A stretch of 64,000 nucleotides of DNA from Candidatus Bathyarchaeia archaeon (GTDB lineage: Archaea > Thermoproteota > Bathyarchaeia > Bathyarchaeales > Bathycorpusculaceae), in the NCBI GenBank assembly GCA_049512935.1, contig JBEKWR010000004.1, forward strand, positions 52,808-116,807, read 5' to 3'. How positions within the stretch are numbered: position 1 is the stretch's first letter; every line of letters starts with the position of its first letter. Shown piece by piece: positions 47,080 to 56,936 of this stretch. Below the pieces are notes generated by a model. That model was not told the origin of the DNA, did not search any database, and worked only from the letters and a program-made list of their open reading frames with translations. The position numbers and the translations under genes were made by a program.

Positions 47080-48456
47080 CTAAAGAACGGTAAACCGTCT
47101 GGTTTGATTTGTGCCGTCTGTACCAGTTCTTACCGACACTTTTGAGTTTTCAGACGCGGCATTCTTTTGGGCTTTGATTCTTTGCTTTTTGTTCCTAACC
47201 TGTTTTGCAACTACCGCTATTAGGATAATGACTCCGACGACAACCAACACCACCACCGTTAGCTGAACCCATTGGCGACTTAAGGCAACGTTTGATTGAT
47301 TTGAGTTGCCCAAAACGATTATTTGATAGTCAACTGAACCGATGTATATTTTTCCGTCCGCGACCGCGGGGGAAGAAGCCAAGTAATCACCAAAACGAGG
47401 ATTGCTTGATTGAAGACGGAAAGTCCACAACGTATTGCCGTCCGAGCAATTAAGCGCGTACAGGTTCCCATCGGTAGAACAAACTAAAACCATACCGCCA
47501 ACAACAATTGGAGAAGCCTGCACCCCTTTATCAATACCACCGCCAGCCTCAGCTATTTTGCTGCTCCAGACTTTTTCGCCGCTGTAAGCATTAATTGCAT
47601 ATACATTTCCGTCGTAAGCGCCTATGTACACAATTCCGTTGGCAACTGCGGGGTAAGATGAACTGCCTAGATATGGTGCATCAACAGCGTAATTCCATAC
47701 GGGTTTACCCGTGGAATCGTTGAAACAGTAGAGAACAGCGTTGACTTTTACGTAGACGAAGCCAGAAGAGACGGCGGGGGAAAAGCTAACTGGCGTGGGA
47801 GACGGAAACTCCCATGTTTGAGTGCCGGTGGAGGCGTTTAGGGCAACGAAGTTGTCTTCTGTCCCGAAGTAAAGGCAGCCGTCTGCTACTGCAGGTGAGT
47901 CGTACACGTAGCTGTAGTTTGCGCTTTTCCAAATTAGATTGCCCGAAGCAATGTTGTAGTCTACTAGACAGCCTTCGTTCATCCCGTAGAAGTATCCGTC
48001 GCCAACCGCAAGGATTGTGGCGTTAAAAATGGAGGAAGAACCAGTTAGTGTGGCTCCAGTAGAAGCGTTGTAGGCGTGTATGCCGAAGGTTCCTGGTGTT
48101 ACAGCGTAGATAATATCGTTTTCTATGAGTGGCGTAAATTCAACGCTGGTGTTAGCCCAAAGTAGTTTTCCAGTGTCTGCGTTGTAGGCGTTTGAGTCAA
48201 TATACACGATGCCGTTAGCTACAACTGGCGAGGCAACGTAACTTCCGTAAGGCACACTCCACAAAACATGAGGCTTTGCAATTGGCACCGAACTGTTCGT
48301 TGCTCCTGTATGCTCGGGGTCATGTTGAACCATTGGCCAATCGTCTCCCATAGAGGCTATGTTTGTGCCTGTCGCTGGGGCGGGCAATGCTGAAACTGTT
48401 GAAAGTAAAAAAATAGCGGTAAACAGCAAGCCAGAGATTTTTCTCGAGACTTCCAT
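47080..48456 (-). CDS. PQQ-like beta-propeller repeat surface protein
   Basis: Signal peptide, DWPMVQHD..HTG, SPAV..G.VY.G..DG..YA.NA..G..W blades, C-terminal TM. Confidence 0.88.
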   Translation of the reverse strand: MEVSRKISGLLFTAIFLLSTVSALPAPATGTNIASMGDDWPMVQHDPEHTGATNSSVPIAKPHVLWSVPYGSYVASPVVANGIVYIDSNAYNADTGKLLWANTSVEFTPLIENDIIYAVTPGTFGIHAYNASTGATLTGSSSIFNATILAVGDGYFYGMNEGCLVDYNIASGNLIWKSANYSYVYDSPAVADGCLYFGTEDNFVALNASTGTQTWEFPSPTPVSFSPAVSSGFVYVKVNAVLYCFNDSTGKPVWNYAVDAPYLGSSSYPAVANGIVYIGAYDGNVYAINAYSGEKVWSSKIAEAGGGIDKGVQASPIVVGGMVLVCSTDGNLYALNCSDGNTLWTFRLQSSNPRFGDYLASSPAVADGKIYIGSVDYQIIVLGNSNQSNVALSRQWVQLTVVVLVVVGVIILIAVVAKQVRNKKQRIKAQKNAASENSKVSVRTGTDGTNQTRRFTVL

Positions 48457-48574
48457 AGCGGTCAGGGTGGTTGCTTCTTAATAAAAGGCTTCTCGTAAAG
48501 GTTTTTTTACTATTTTTAGTCAAGAAACCTTGACTGGACTGCTTCCGCTCAACACCGACTTTCCAAACTAATAT

Positions 48575-48603
48575 ACCCGGGTTCAAATCCCGGTGACCGC
48601 ACC
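48575..48603 (+). repeat. att-like duplicate of the tRNA-Gly 3' end
   Basis: ACCCGGGTTCAAATCCCGGTGACCGCACC is identical to 47038-47066 (29/29). Confidence 0.9.
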
Positions 48604-48858
48604 TGAAAACATCTCTCAGCAACACTCGGAAAAATGGAAAGATCCGTCTCGGATTCTCCCATTTTTGGGGTGTATTGACGAATTGTATCATCTTTCCGTA
48701 TCTACAATTGACCCCTATAGGCTACTGTTGCACGCACACAAATCAGCGTTCACGGGCTCAGCCAACCAGCTTGTCTGCCTACATGGTTCAGAGAAAGATA
48801 AAAGAGCGACGTTTCGTTGCATGATTATAGGTGTTAAATCATACTTTCCGCTTACCTT

Positions 48859-49110
48859 ATGGTTCCCGTCCCATCTTACGCTCAGCCGCAGTACGTGAGG
48901 TGCCCGAACTGCGGGTCACAGGTCACAGCGAACTCGAACTACTGCAACATCTGCGGCGAACCCCTGCATCAACCAGTTCTGCTTAAAATCTGCCCCCGAT
49001 GCAGCAACCGCATTCCCGCAAGAGCCAAGTTCTGTCCTGAGTGTGGAAAAAAGCAGCCGGGCGTGATTGTCCAGCAGACGCTCACGGAGAAGGCGGTAGA
49101 CCACCGCTAG
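48859..49110 (+). CDS. double zinc-ribbon protein
   Basis: CPNC..YCNICG..CPRC..FCPECG. Confidence 0.75.
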   Translation: MVPVPSYAQPQYVRCPNCGSQVTANSNYCNICGEPLHQPVLLKICPRCSNRIPARAKFCPECGKKQPGVIVQQTLTEKAVDHR

Positions 49111-49190
49111 CTTTTTTGCTTAAGTGTTTGCAGGGTTTACAGCAGGTGTATTAGGAAGATTAATCTATTTTTCATTGAGGCTGTTTTGAC

Positions 49191-50093
49191 GTGTCAATGG
49201 ATGCAGAAGACTTCAAAGTGCCATCGGGCAAAAAAGTCAGCTTGAAAGATTACGATTCAGGGTGGCTGCCCAAGTGGGCTAAAAAGGAGGAAGAGAAAGA
49301 GGGCAAGAAAGCAGTGAAGCAGCAGGCAATGGCTATTCTTGAAGGCAACCGGCAGAAGCTGGTTGAGATGCAGGAGCTTTTTTGGGCAAACGGCACTTAT
49401 TCAATGCTTATTGTTCTGCAAGGTATGGATGCGGCTGGGAAAGACGGCACGATACGGCATGTGATGTCGGGGGTGAATCCTCAAGGCTGCCAAGTTACAG
49501 GCTTTAAAGCGCCATGCGAAGACGAGTTGATGCATGATTTTCTCTGGCGAAACGTGAAGGCTCTTCCAGAAAGGGGAATAATAGGCATTTTCAACCGCTC
49601 GTACTACGAAGACGTGCTTATAGTCAAGGTTCGCCCAGAGGTCCTGCAAAGGGAGAAGCTGCCGCAGGGGCAGGAAGGAAAACAATTATGGAATCAACGG
49701 TACGAGGACATAAACATGTTTGAACGCCACCTGACAAGGAACGGCACGGTTGTTTTGAAGTTCTTTCTTAACCTTTCAAAGAAGCGGCAGAAGCAGCGGC
49801 TGCTTAAGCGTCTGGAGAACCCTGACAAGTACTGGAAATTTTCGCTCAACGACCTCTCCGAACGTTCTAAATGGGACGATTATGCTGCAACGTACGAGGA
49901 GATGCTTAGCATGACGAGCACCGACTGGGCGCCATGGTACATCATTCCCGCAGACAAGAAATGGGTTGCCCACGCCTCAATCTCCGAAATCATCGTGTCT
50001 CAGATCAAGAAGCTCAACTTGAAATATCCAGTTTTAAGCAAAGACCAAGTTGCAGCTTTGGAAAAGGCGAAGGCTGAACTGGAAAAAGAATAA
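49191..50093 (+). CDS. ppk2: polyphosphate kinase 2 family
   Basis: QGMDAAGKDG, FKAP, FNRSYYE, WKFS..D, WYIIPAD.KW. Confidence 0.93.
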   Translation: MSMDAEDFKVPSGKKVSLKDYDSGWLPKWAKKEEEKEGKKAVKQQAMAILEGNRQKLVEMQELFWANGTYSMLIVLQGMDAAGKDGTIRHVMSGVNPQGCQVTGFKAPCEDELMHDFLWRNVKALPERGIIGIFNRSYYEDVLIVKVRPEVLQREKLPQGQEGKQLWNQRYEDINMFERHLTRNGTVVLKFFLNLSKKRQKQRLLKRLENPDKYWKFSLNDLSERSKWDDYAATYEEMLSMTSTDWAPWYIIPADKKWVAHASISEIIVSQIKKLNLKYPVLSKDQVAALEKAKAELEKE

Positions 50094-50110
50094 ACCCACT
50101 TCCTATATGT

Positions 50111-51691
50111 TTACGGGCTAGGCACAACTGTGCAGTGGACGTCTAGTTGCTTTTTGAAGGCTTCATAGAACGCTTGCCTGTTCTGTATGACGCTCCATGC
50201 CTCGAAGCTGCAGTCTGACTCTGAGTAGAACGACAGCAACACTTGATCCTTGTTGACCTTGACGAATTCGGCTTTTTTAACCAGCCCAGTGTGGCTTCTG
50301 TCCAGCTTCTCTGCAAACCTGAGAAACGTTGAAAGAATGCCGACGCACTCCTTGGTTTTTTCATCTAATCCTGAAGCTTTCATGGCTTTTTTTGAAGGCA
50401 ACTTTTTCCTGTGAAAACGCGCGATGTTGCCCATTATTTGGATTTCTTTGCGGTCAAAACCGAGAAGTTCAGCGTTGCAGATGATGTATTGGGAATGAAG
50501 CTGATGGTTGTTAAATGAGAGAAAGTCGCCGACGTCATGCAGGATGGCTGCGTATTTTAAGAGTTCTTTTTCGTCTTCTCCCAGGTTGTGTAACCCAATT
50601 TGCTTCGCGCTGTCAAAAAGTTGCGTTGCCAAAGAAGCCACTGCCTCTGAATGTTTCTCGTCAAAGTTGCAGGACCTACCCAAATGCAGAACGCTCCTGT
50701 TCCTCATCGGTGTCTTCTGGAGGTTTCGGAAGCCTTCAAAGTTCGACAGGTAATCAACCAGCATTCCATCCCGCAGTTCTCGGTGGCTAATGTTGATTTC
50801 TTCCAAGCCAAGCTCCTCCATAATTGCCTCCATTATGGCTGCCCCAGCAATTATGATGTCGGCTCGGTCAGGATTGACGGCGGGAAAGTTTCTTCTTTCT
50901 TCAAGCGACACGGAGCAAAGAATGGGCGCCAGTTTCTTCAGGTTCTTCCTCGATAACGTCGGGCTTTCTCCGTTGCCGTTCTTCTTGAAGAGTTTGCCTG
51001 CGATCTCCGCCAAGTTGATAACGGTGCCTGATGATCCCCATGCCAGCCGCACACCGTACTCTTGGACTTTTGCTTTAACCACTCGAGACTTGCTGCAAGC
51101 GTACTGCTTTATCTGCTTGTAAGTGTTAGCCGCCACGGGTCCAGTCCAGCCTTCCCCGATGAACTGCGCCGTAAGCCTGATAGCGCCTAACCTGAGACTG
51201 TTCACGTAGAAGCATTCATACTGGTTTCCGATGCAGATTTCGGTGCTGCCTCCGCCTAAATCTATGAAAACGGCTTTTTCTTCGCCGATGTCTATCCCGC
51301 TTGATACGCCGAGGCAAATCAAACGGGCTTCTTCCTCACCAGAAATCACTCTTACATTAAGCCCCGTTTCATTCTGAAGTTTTTGGAGGAACTCACTCTG
51401 GTTTTGAGCTTCCCGAATTGCCGACGTGCCAACCGCTATTATTTCGCTGGCACCGTAAGTTTTAGCCAACTCGACAAATTTTCCGCACACAAAGATGGCT
51501 CTTTCCATGGCTTCTGGCTTCAGCAAGTTGTCTTTGAACTCTTCTTCTCCTAAACGGACAACTTCCTTTTCTTGGCTAATGGTGGTGTAGGAGAAGTTAG
51601 GGTTTATTCTTACGACTAAAAGGCGCACGGCGTTGGTGCCGACGTCTATGAACCCCACTACTTTCTCAGAAGATTTCACTGTTGCTTCCAT
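50111..51691 (-). CDS. ppx: Ppx/GppA exopolyphosphatase with C-terminal HD domain
   Basis: IDVGTN, TSAIREA, ISGEEEA, DLGGGSTE, LRDG, LHDVG. Confidence 0.92.
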   Translation of the reverse strand: MEATVKSSEKVVGFIDVGTNAVRLLVVRINPNFSYTTISQEKEVVRLGEEEFKDNLLKPEAMERAIFVCGKFVELAKTYGASEIIAVGTSAIREAQNQSEFLQKLQNETGLNVRVISGEEEARLICLGVSSGIDIGEEKAVFIDLGGGSTEICIGNQYECFYVNSLRLGAIRLTAQFIGEGWTGPVAANTYKQIKQYACSKSRVVKAKVQEYGVRLAWGSSGTVINLAEIAGKLFKKNGNGESPTLSRKNLKKLAPILCSVSLEERRNFPAVNPDRADIIIAGAAIMEAIMEELGLEEINISHRELRDGMLVDYLSNFEGFRNLQKTPMRNRSVLHLGRSCNFDEKHSEAVASLATQLFDSAKQIGLHNLGEDEKELLKYAAILHDVGDFLSFNNHQLHSQYIICNAELLGFDRKEIQIMGNIARFHRKKLPSKKAMKASGLDEKTKECVGILSTFLRFAEKLDRSHTGLVKKAEFVKVNKDQVLLSFYSESDCSFEAWSVIQNRQAFYEAFKKQLDVHCTVVPSP

Positions 51692-54000
51692 ACCAGCACC
51701 AATTTCTTTGCAAAGACCGCTTCAAACAAGTCTTTCTTCTTATTAAAAGCGCGCTCTTCCTCTGTTGATTTAGTTTCACATAGGCATTCGGCAGTGATTT
51801 TTTTGGTGCCTAATCTGAATTTCAATGCTTTTACGTTTGACTCGTGAGTGTAATCTAAGCTGTCTGCCACTCGTAACAGGCTGGATAGAATCTTTATTAC
51901 TTTTACGGTTTGACGGTCTAAACTTTTGAGGTTAAAGTGTTTTTGTTTGGGCAAGCCTTTCCGGTGATAACGAGCGATGCTTGCTACTATGCGCCTTTCC
52001 CTTGACGTGAAAGGCAATTTCAAATCGTTAAGGATGAGCCTTGCTGATTCCTTATGGTGCCCGCCACGCCCCTTTGACAAGCCTACGTCATGCATGATCG
52101 CGGCGCATTCAAGCCAGCATCTTTCCTTCCTGCCCAGATTGTGAACGCTGCCCAATTTGTCAAAGAACTCTAAAGACAGCTTGATTACCTGCTCGTAATG
52201 ATCCGTGTCCCGCCAGTACCTCTTGGCAAACTCTCGAGCGTCTGCAACTAGTTCTTCGCAGTTTTCAGTTTCCGTCTTTTCTCTTGCGGCGTCCTCTTCG
52301 ATTATTGCTTCAAGAGAAACGCCTCGAAGCAGCATCTGGGAAAAACTTTCAGGTAACGATTTTTTTCTTAATGCGTCCGCGGCGGCTTCGACGTCATAAT
52401 CTAACCGAATCCACTCAACTTTGAAAGGATTAAACTTCAGCATCACGTAGGCTGCCTGCGGGTTTCCGTCGCCAGGTCTCCCCACGCTTCCTGGGTTGAT
52501 GAAGGAGATGCCGTTTATCTGCCGCAGTAGCTGTTCATGCGAGTGTCCCACGATTATGACGTCAGCCTTAGAGGTTTCGGCAAGAATTTTCAGCCGCTCA
52601 ACTGGCGTGTCCTTGTAAATGTGCTCTTCAATGTTCTCGGGGCTTCCATGAGTCACCAGCAGTTTTACGCCTGCGGCTTCAAGCCTGAGCTCCCGAGGCA
52701 AAGAATGGAGGTACTGCTGGCACGACTTTGCTAACTCTTTCTTGGTAAACTTGTAGGCAACCTTTTTTTCGCCTTTAGCGTCGGCTTTACCCTCGACGAC
52801 TTCGGCATCGTAGTTCCCCAAGACGCTTAGAACGTTTTTTTCACATAATAGCTCAACAACCTCGTTTGGGTTTGCCCCGTACCCCACTGAGTCTCCTGCG
52901 TTGAGAAAAACGTCTGCGCCTCTTTCTTGAGCGTCTTGGATAACTGCCTCTAAGGCTTGAAGATTAGCGTGGACGTCGGATAAAACTGCGACTTTAACGT
53001 CGGGGTTTGCAAGGATTTGGTTTGTTTTTTCCTCAGTCAATGTTAATCCAGCCTTAACTGTTTCTCTGAGGTTTTCAAAAAAGTTTTCCTTTTTATTATC
53101 TTCCCAGAGTTGCACAAATCTTCTATAATGATCCGTTCTTTGATCCTTTATGAAGGCTAAAAAGTTCTTTATGGCTTGTTCAAACTTTGCCTGGTCCAAT
53201 TTTCTGGCGTTTTTCGCTTTGGTTTCCTTCACAAACTTTGGAAGATATTCTATCCAAACCTCAAGGTCGTGCTTTTCGCCAAGTATGTCCTGATAAGCTT
53301 TTGCTGTTTCGATTTCGTTCTTAAGCTTGTTCTTGTACAACGGGGCGAAAAACTCCATGGTGTAACGCAGCTTCTTAGCGTTTATCCTCATTTCATGGTG
53401 CTTTTGGTTTGCGTTTTCCTCGTGGACGTACTTTTCAAGCGATTGGAAATCATCAAGTCTGAAGGATATGTGCCACCGAGCTTTTTCGAGCACTCGGTTT
53501 TGATCAAAACTTACATTTGCTTGCTCCGCAACCGTGTCTTTACAAAACATGCCCATATCTTCCAAAACGCCTGATGCCTTCAACTTGTCAATTCCGACGG
53601 TGACCAAAGGTTGAATGCTTTCTCTCTTGTCAAGACGGTTACGAAGCAGAATGTTGACCCATTTTTTTTCTGCTGGATTAACGTTTTTCAAGTATTTTTT
53701 GACAAAGGCAATTTGGACATCAAGATCCCTTGCCTCTCCAAGCAGCCGAGTGACTTTTTTTATTTCATTGTTCCATCTTTTGTATTTCTTGCGGGGAAGG
53801 CACGGTTGGAACAACGGCAGGGCTGCTCTGAGCTTGCGTGATGTGACGCGGGTTTTGTGGATGCATTCTATGTCCTCGTTCTGTATTACGCCGTCAATGT
53901 TCTCTTCGAACCCGCCAAGTAAATCAATAATCGTTTCACAGCCGAATTTGCAGTAGCTTGTGTCAGTTCGGCATTTTTGATTATTACTTGGGTCGTTCAT
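51676..54000 (-). CDS. CHAD + calcineurin-like metallophosphoesterase + HD domain fusion
   Basis: CHAD (IHKTRVTSRKLRA, HEMRINAKKLRY, QDILG..HD); MPP (SDVHAN, GDSVG, GNYD, HGSP, GHSH, NPGSVG); HD (MHDVG, RYHRK, ADSLD). Confidence 0.88.
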   Translation of the reverse strand: MNDPSNNQKCRTDTSYCKFGCETIIDLLGGFEENIDGVIQNEDIECIHKTRVTSRKLRAALPLFQPCLPRKKYKRWNNEIKKVTRLLGEARDLDVQIAFVKKYLKNVNPAEKKWVNILLRNRLDKRESIQPLVTVGIDKLKASGVLEDMGMFCKDTVAEQANVSFDQNRVLEKARWHISFRLDDFQSLEKYVHEENANQKHHEMRINAKKLRYTMEFFAPLYKNKLKNEIETAKAYQDILGEKHDLEVWIEYLPKFVKETKAKNARKLDQAKFEQAIKNFLAFIKDQRTDHYRRFVQLWEDNKKENFFENLRETVKAGLTLTEEKTNQILANPDVKVAVLSDVHANLQALEAVIQDAQERGADVFLNAGDSVGYGANPNEVVELLCEKNVLSVLGNYDAEVVEGKADAKGEKKVAYKFTKKELAKSCQQYLHSLPRELRLEAAGVKLLVTHGSPENIEEHIYKDTPVERLKILAETSKADVIIVGHSHEQLLRQINGISFINPGSVGRPGDGNPQAAYVMLKFNPFKVEWIRLDYDVEAAADALRKKSLPESFSQMLLRGVSLEAIIEEDAAREKTETENCEELVADAREFAKRYWRDTDHYEQVIKLSLEFFDKLGSVHNLGRKERCWLECAAIMHDVGLSKGRGGHHKESARLILNDLKLPFTSRERRIVASIARYHRKGLPKQKHFNLKSLDRQTVKVIKILSSLLRVADSLDYTHESNVKALKFRLGTKKITAECLCETKSTEEERAFNKKKDLFEAVFAKKLVLVWKQQ

Positions 54001-56098
54001 TCCAGATGCCCCTGTTCTTGATAAGCCACGCTTGACTGTCAATGACCTCCTCTTCTCCCTGAGGTTTCACCCTCTCGTAAGTTCCATTCGGCATCAGTCT
54101 TCTCGCTTTCACGTTGTCGTGAAGATGAATTTTAAGCATGTTTTCAAGGAGGGCGCTGCGCATGAAGGGGTCAGGCACGGACAAGAGAACTTCGATTCTC
54201 TCGTTGAGGTTTCTAAACATCATGTCGGAGCTGCCGATAAGAACTTCGTCTTCCGTCTCGCCACGGAAGTAATAGATTCTTGCGTGCTCAAGGAACCGTC
54301 CGACGATGGATATTACCGAAATGTTGTCGCTGATTCCTGGAATTCCAGGTCTTAAGCAGCATAAGCCCCGCACGTTGAGGTCAACTTTTATTCCAGCCAT
54401 TGACGCCCTGTACAGGGCTTGAATAATTTCGGTTTCTTCCAGATTGTTCAATTTAAAAGCCAGGTACCCTTTCCCAGTTTTCTGGTGGAAACTAATTTCC
54501 TTATCTATTCGCCGCAGAATTTCTTTCTTAAGCGTTTTCGGCGCTACAAGCAGGTTTTTGAACTCTTTTTCCTGAAGCCCGTTTATGATGATGCTGAAAA
54601 GCTCGTCAAGCTCCATTCCCACTTCAGCGTTCGCCGTTAAATAGCCGATGTCGGCGTAGATTTTCGCCGTCACCGAATTGTAGTTACCTGACCCGATGTG
54701 CGAGTACCTTATGTACCCACCGTTTTCTTTTTTAACTATCAGGCACAGTTTTGCGTGAACCTTAAAATTGGGAAAATTGTAGACGGCATTTATTCCGCCT
54801 TCTCTTAGCTTCGAAACAAGGCGGATGTTGTTTTCCTCGTCAAACTTGGCTTTCAACTCCACGATCGCCGTAACTTTCTTGCCTTGTTCCGCAGCCTCAA
54901 CGAGCGCGTCAACGACTGGCGAGTTATGATCCATGCGGTACATGGTTATGCAGATTTCCAAGACATCTTTGTCCCGCGCGGCTTCTTTTAGCAGATTAAT
55001 GAGTACGTCAAAACTGTCATACGGGTGATACAGGACGAAGTCTTGTTTGGATACGCTTGCGAGGATGCTTTTTTCCGAAGCAAGAAGGGGCGAGATGCAT
55101 GGTTGGAAAGTCTTATCTTTAATGTCGGGACGATTTATCTTCAGCAACTGCCAAAGATCCACAAGTCCAAGCGGACCATCAAACTCGTAAGTGAGATAAT
55201 CCTGCAAGCCTAACTCCGTGGCTATCGACTCTTTGATTACTGCAGGCACTTTTCTTTCAAATTCTAGCCTGCTCGGGAACCCAGTTTTCCTAGTTGACAA
55301 ACTCTTTTTTACTGAATAGAGCAAGTCTGAGGATTCTTTCATTAAAATGGCTATTTCGCCATTCCGTGTAAGCCTAAACTGGTAAGCGGTGAGGTTTTTT
55401 TCGTTCGGGAAGATCAGATCCAGATTGTTCACCATCAAGTCTTCAACAAAAACGAAGTTGTACTCTACTTGCTGGCTGTAAACGCTCTTCGGAATTCTTA
55501 TCAGCCTTCCGAACTCTTCGGTCGGGGCATCAACTAAGCAGTGGGCATCTTGTTTTGAGAAACCTGTCACGTACAGCGTTATGTGAAGGTTCTCGATTGA
55601 TGCGTTGTCGAAGCCCTTTGTAATCTGGACAAAAGGAAGAATAGACTGCTTGAGGAACTCCCGCAAGTTTTCCTTGTCTTTTAAGCCTAAATCGTTGAAT
55701 TTCCAAATGAAAATTTTTTCTTTTGCTAAAGCTGGAAGAAGCTCGTCTCGCCAGCAAGCCGCATGCTTCTTGATCAGCGGTAATATTTCTTTTCTTGTAG
55801 CTTCAATCTGTTCGCGGGCTGACATTCCATCCATCGATTTCTCTTCAGACCCCACCTTGATTTTCTTCATAAGCCTCGGGATTCGCGTCATGAAGAACTC
55901 GTCAAGGTTGCTCCCGCAGATAGCGATAAATTTGACTCTTTCCAGAAGGGGATGCCTCAGGTCTTGGGCTTCCTCAAGAACACGAACATTAAACCTTATC
56001 CAGCTGAGTTCTCTGTTGATGAAGTAGTTTGGATTGTCTAGTGGTTTTTTCTGGCTTGAGGCAGTTTTTGCGTCAGAATCAACGTTCGGGTCAGCCAA
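53984..56098 (-). CDS. ppk1: polyphosphate kinase 1
   Basis: NRELSW.FN, SNLDEFF, HPYDSF, KVHAK, GNYN, GRFLEHAR. Confidence 0.95.
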   Translation of the reverse strand: MADPNVDSDAKTASSQKKPLDNPNYFINRELSWIRFNVRVLEEAQDLRHPLLERVKFIAICGSNLDEFFMTRIPRLMKKIKVGSEEKSMDGMSAREQIEATRKEILPLIKKHAACWRDELLPALAKEKIFIWKFNDLGLKDKENLREFLKQSILPFVQITKGFDNASIENLHITLYVTGFSKQDAHCLVDAPTEEFGRLIRIPKSVYSQQVEYNFVFVEDLMVNNLDLIFPNEKNLTAYQFRLTRNGEIAILMKESSDLLYSVKKSLSTRKTGFPSRLEFERKVPAVIKESIATELGLQDYLTYEFDGPLGLVDLWQLLKINRPDIKDKTFQPCISPLLASEKSILASVSKQDFVLYHPYDSFDVLINLLKEAARDKDVLEICITMYRMDHNSPVVDALVEAAEQGKKVTAIVELKAKFDEENNIRLVSKLREGGINAVYNFPNFKVHAKLCLIVKKENGGYIRYSHIGSGNYNSVTAKIYADIGYLTANAEVGMELDELFSIIINGLQEKEFKNLLVAPKTLKKEILRRIDKEISFHQKTGKGYLAFKLNNLEETEIIQALYRASMAGIKVDLNVRGLCCLRPGIPGISDNISVISIVGRFLEHARIYYFRGETEDEVLIGSSDMMFRNLNERIEVLLSVPDPFMRSALLENMLKIHLHDNVKARRLMPNGTYERVKPQGEEEVIDSQAWLIKNRGIWNERPK

Positions 56099-56377
56099 GT
56101 CCTTCGCCTAGCATGTTCTCAGGGGTCGCTGATTGATCAAGCATACTCTTTAACTATTAGGAATCGTGGTTTATCAACTAATCTAAAAACACTCTTAAAT
56201 TGAAGCTTGAACCGTTGGTTTTCAGCGGTCTTGCTTTCTTGGTAGATCGTTAGCTTCTACGCATTTTGCTCTGCGAACTGTGAAAGTTTCATACTTGAAG
56301 AGTGGAATCTGTTTGTTCATGTTAACTGTCTCCTTGACCCTTCATAAGGAAAGACGTTGTGATTAAGGGCTCCGAAA

Positions 56378-56424
56378 ATAGTCTATATAGTACTATATAG
56401 ACTATATAGCTGTTATCTATATAG
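56378..56424. promoter_or_regulatory. 28-bp perfect palindrome plus four CTATATAG octamers upstream of ppk1
   Basis: ATAGTCTATATAGT/ACTATATAGACTAT (56378-56405); octamers start at 56383, 56393, 56402, 56417. Confidence 0.6.
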
Positions 56425-56459
56425 CAAAGGTTAAATTCCGCATCGAATTACTAAAACGC

Positions 56460-56936
56460 ATGAATTCTTTAACTCTTAAAGAAAAAGGTTTTGCAGAATT
56501 TGTTCCTTTGAAAGGACTCCCCTTTTCCAGTCTTCCCTTCGATAAAGGCAGCGTCTTCGTTCTAGCAGACAGCACACTCACTGGAAAACCCACCTCAGAC
56601 ATACTGTACATTGGCAAATCAAAGAAACCGACAAAAAGAATCTTCGGCGGCTACTTAGCTGGGTACGGCGGAAAAACAACCCGGAAAATTAATTCAAAGC
56701 TGCTCGACGACGGCTTCATCGAAAAAGTCTCAGTCAGCTGGATGCTGAGTGAGGATCCGAAGTTGGCACAGCAAGAGTTGCTGGACAGCTTCAAAAAAGA
56801 ACACGGCGAATACCCCGCTTGGAACGCCGCAAAGAAGCCTCAGCAGAATAGCAAGCCAGCCCCGGCAAAGGTTCCCAAAACACGACGCGCAAACAAAACC
56901 GCCAAGAGCGCTGCTCCTCAAAAACCCGCGGCTTAA
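56460..56936 (+). CDS. GIY-YIG-like protein with Lys/Ala/Pro-rich tail
   Basis: SVFVL..ILYIGKS..KRI..E..YPAWN pattern; basic low-complexity C-terminus. Confidence 0.55.
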   Translation: MNSLTLKEKGFAEFVPLKGLPFSSLPFDKGSVFVLADSTLTGKPTSDILYIGKSKKPTKRIFGGYLAGYGGKTTRKINSKLLDDGFIEKVSVSWMLSEDPKLAQQELLDSFKKEHGEYPAWNAAKKPQQNSKPAPAKVPKTRRANKTAKSAAPQKPAA

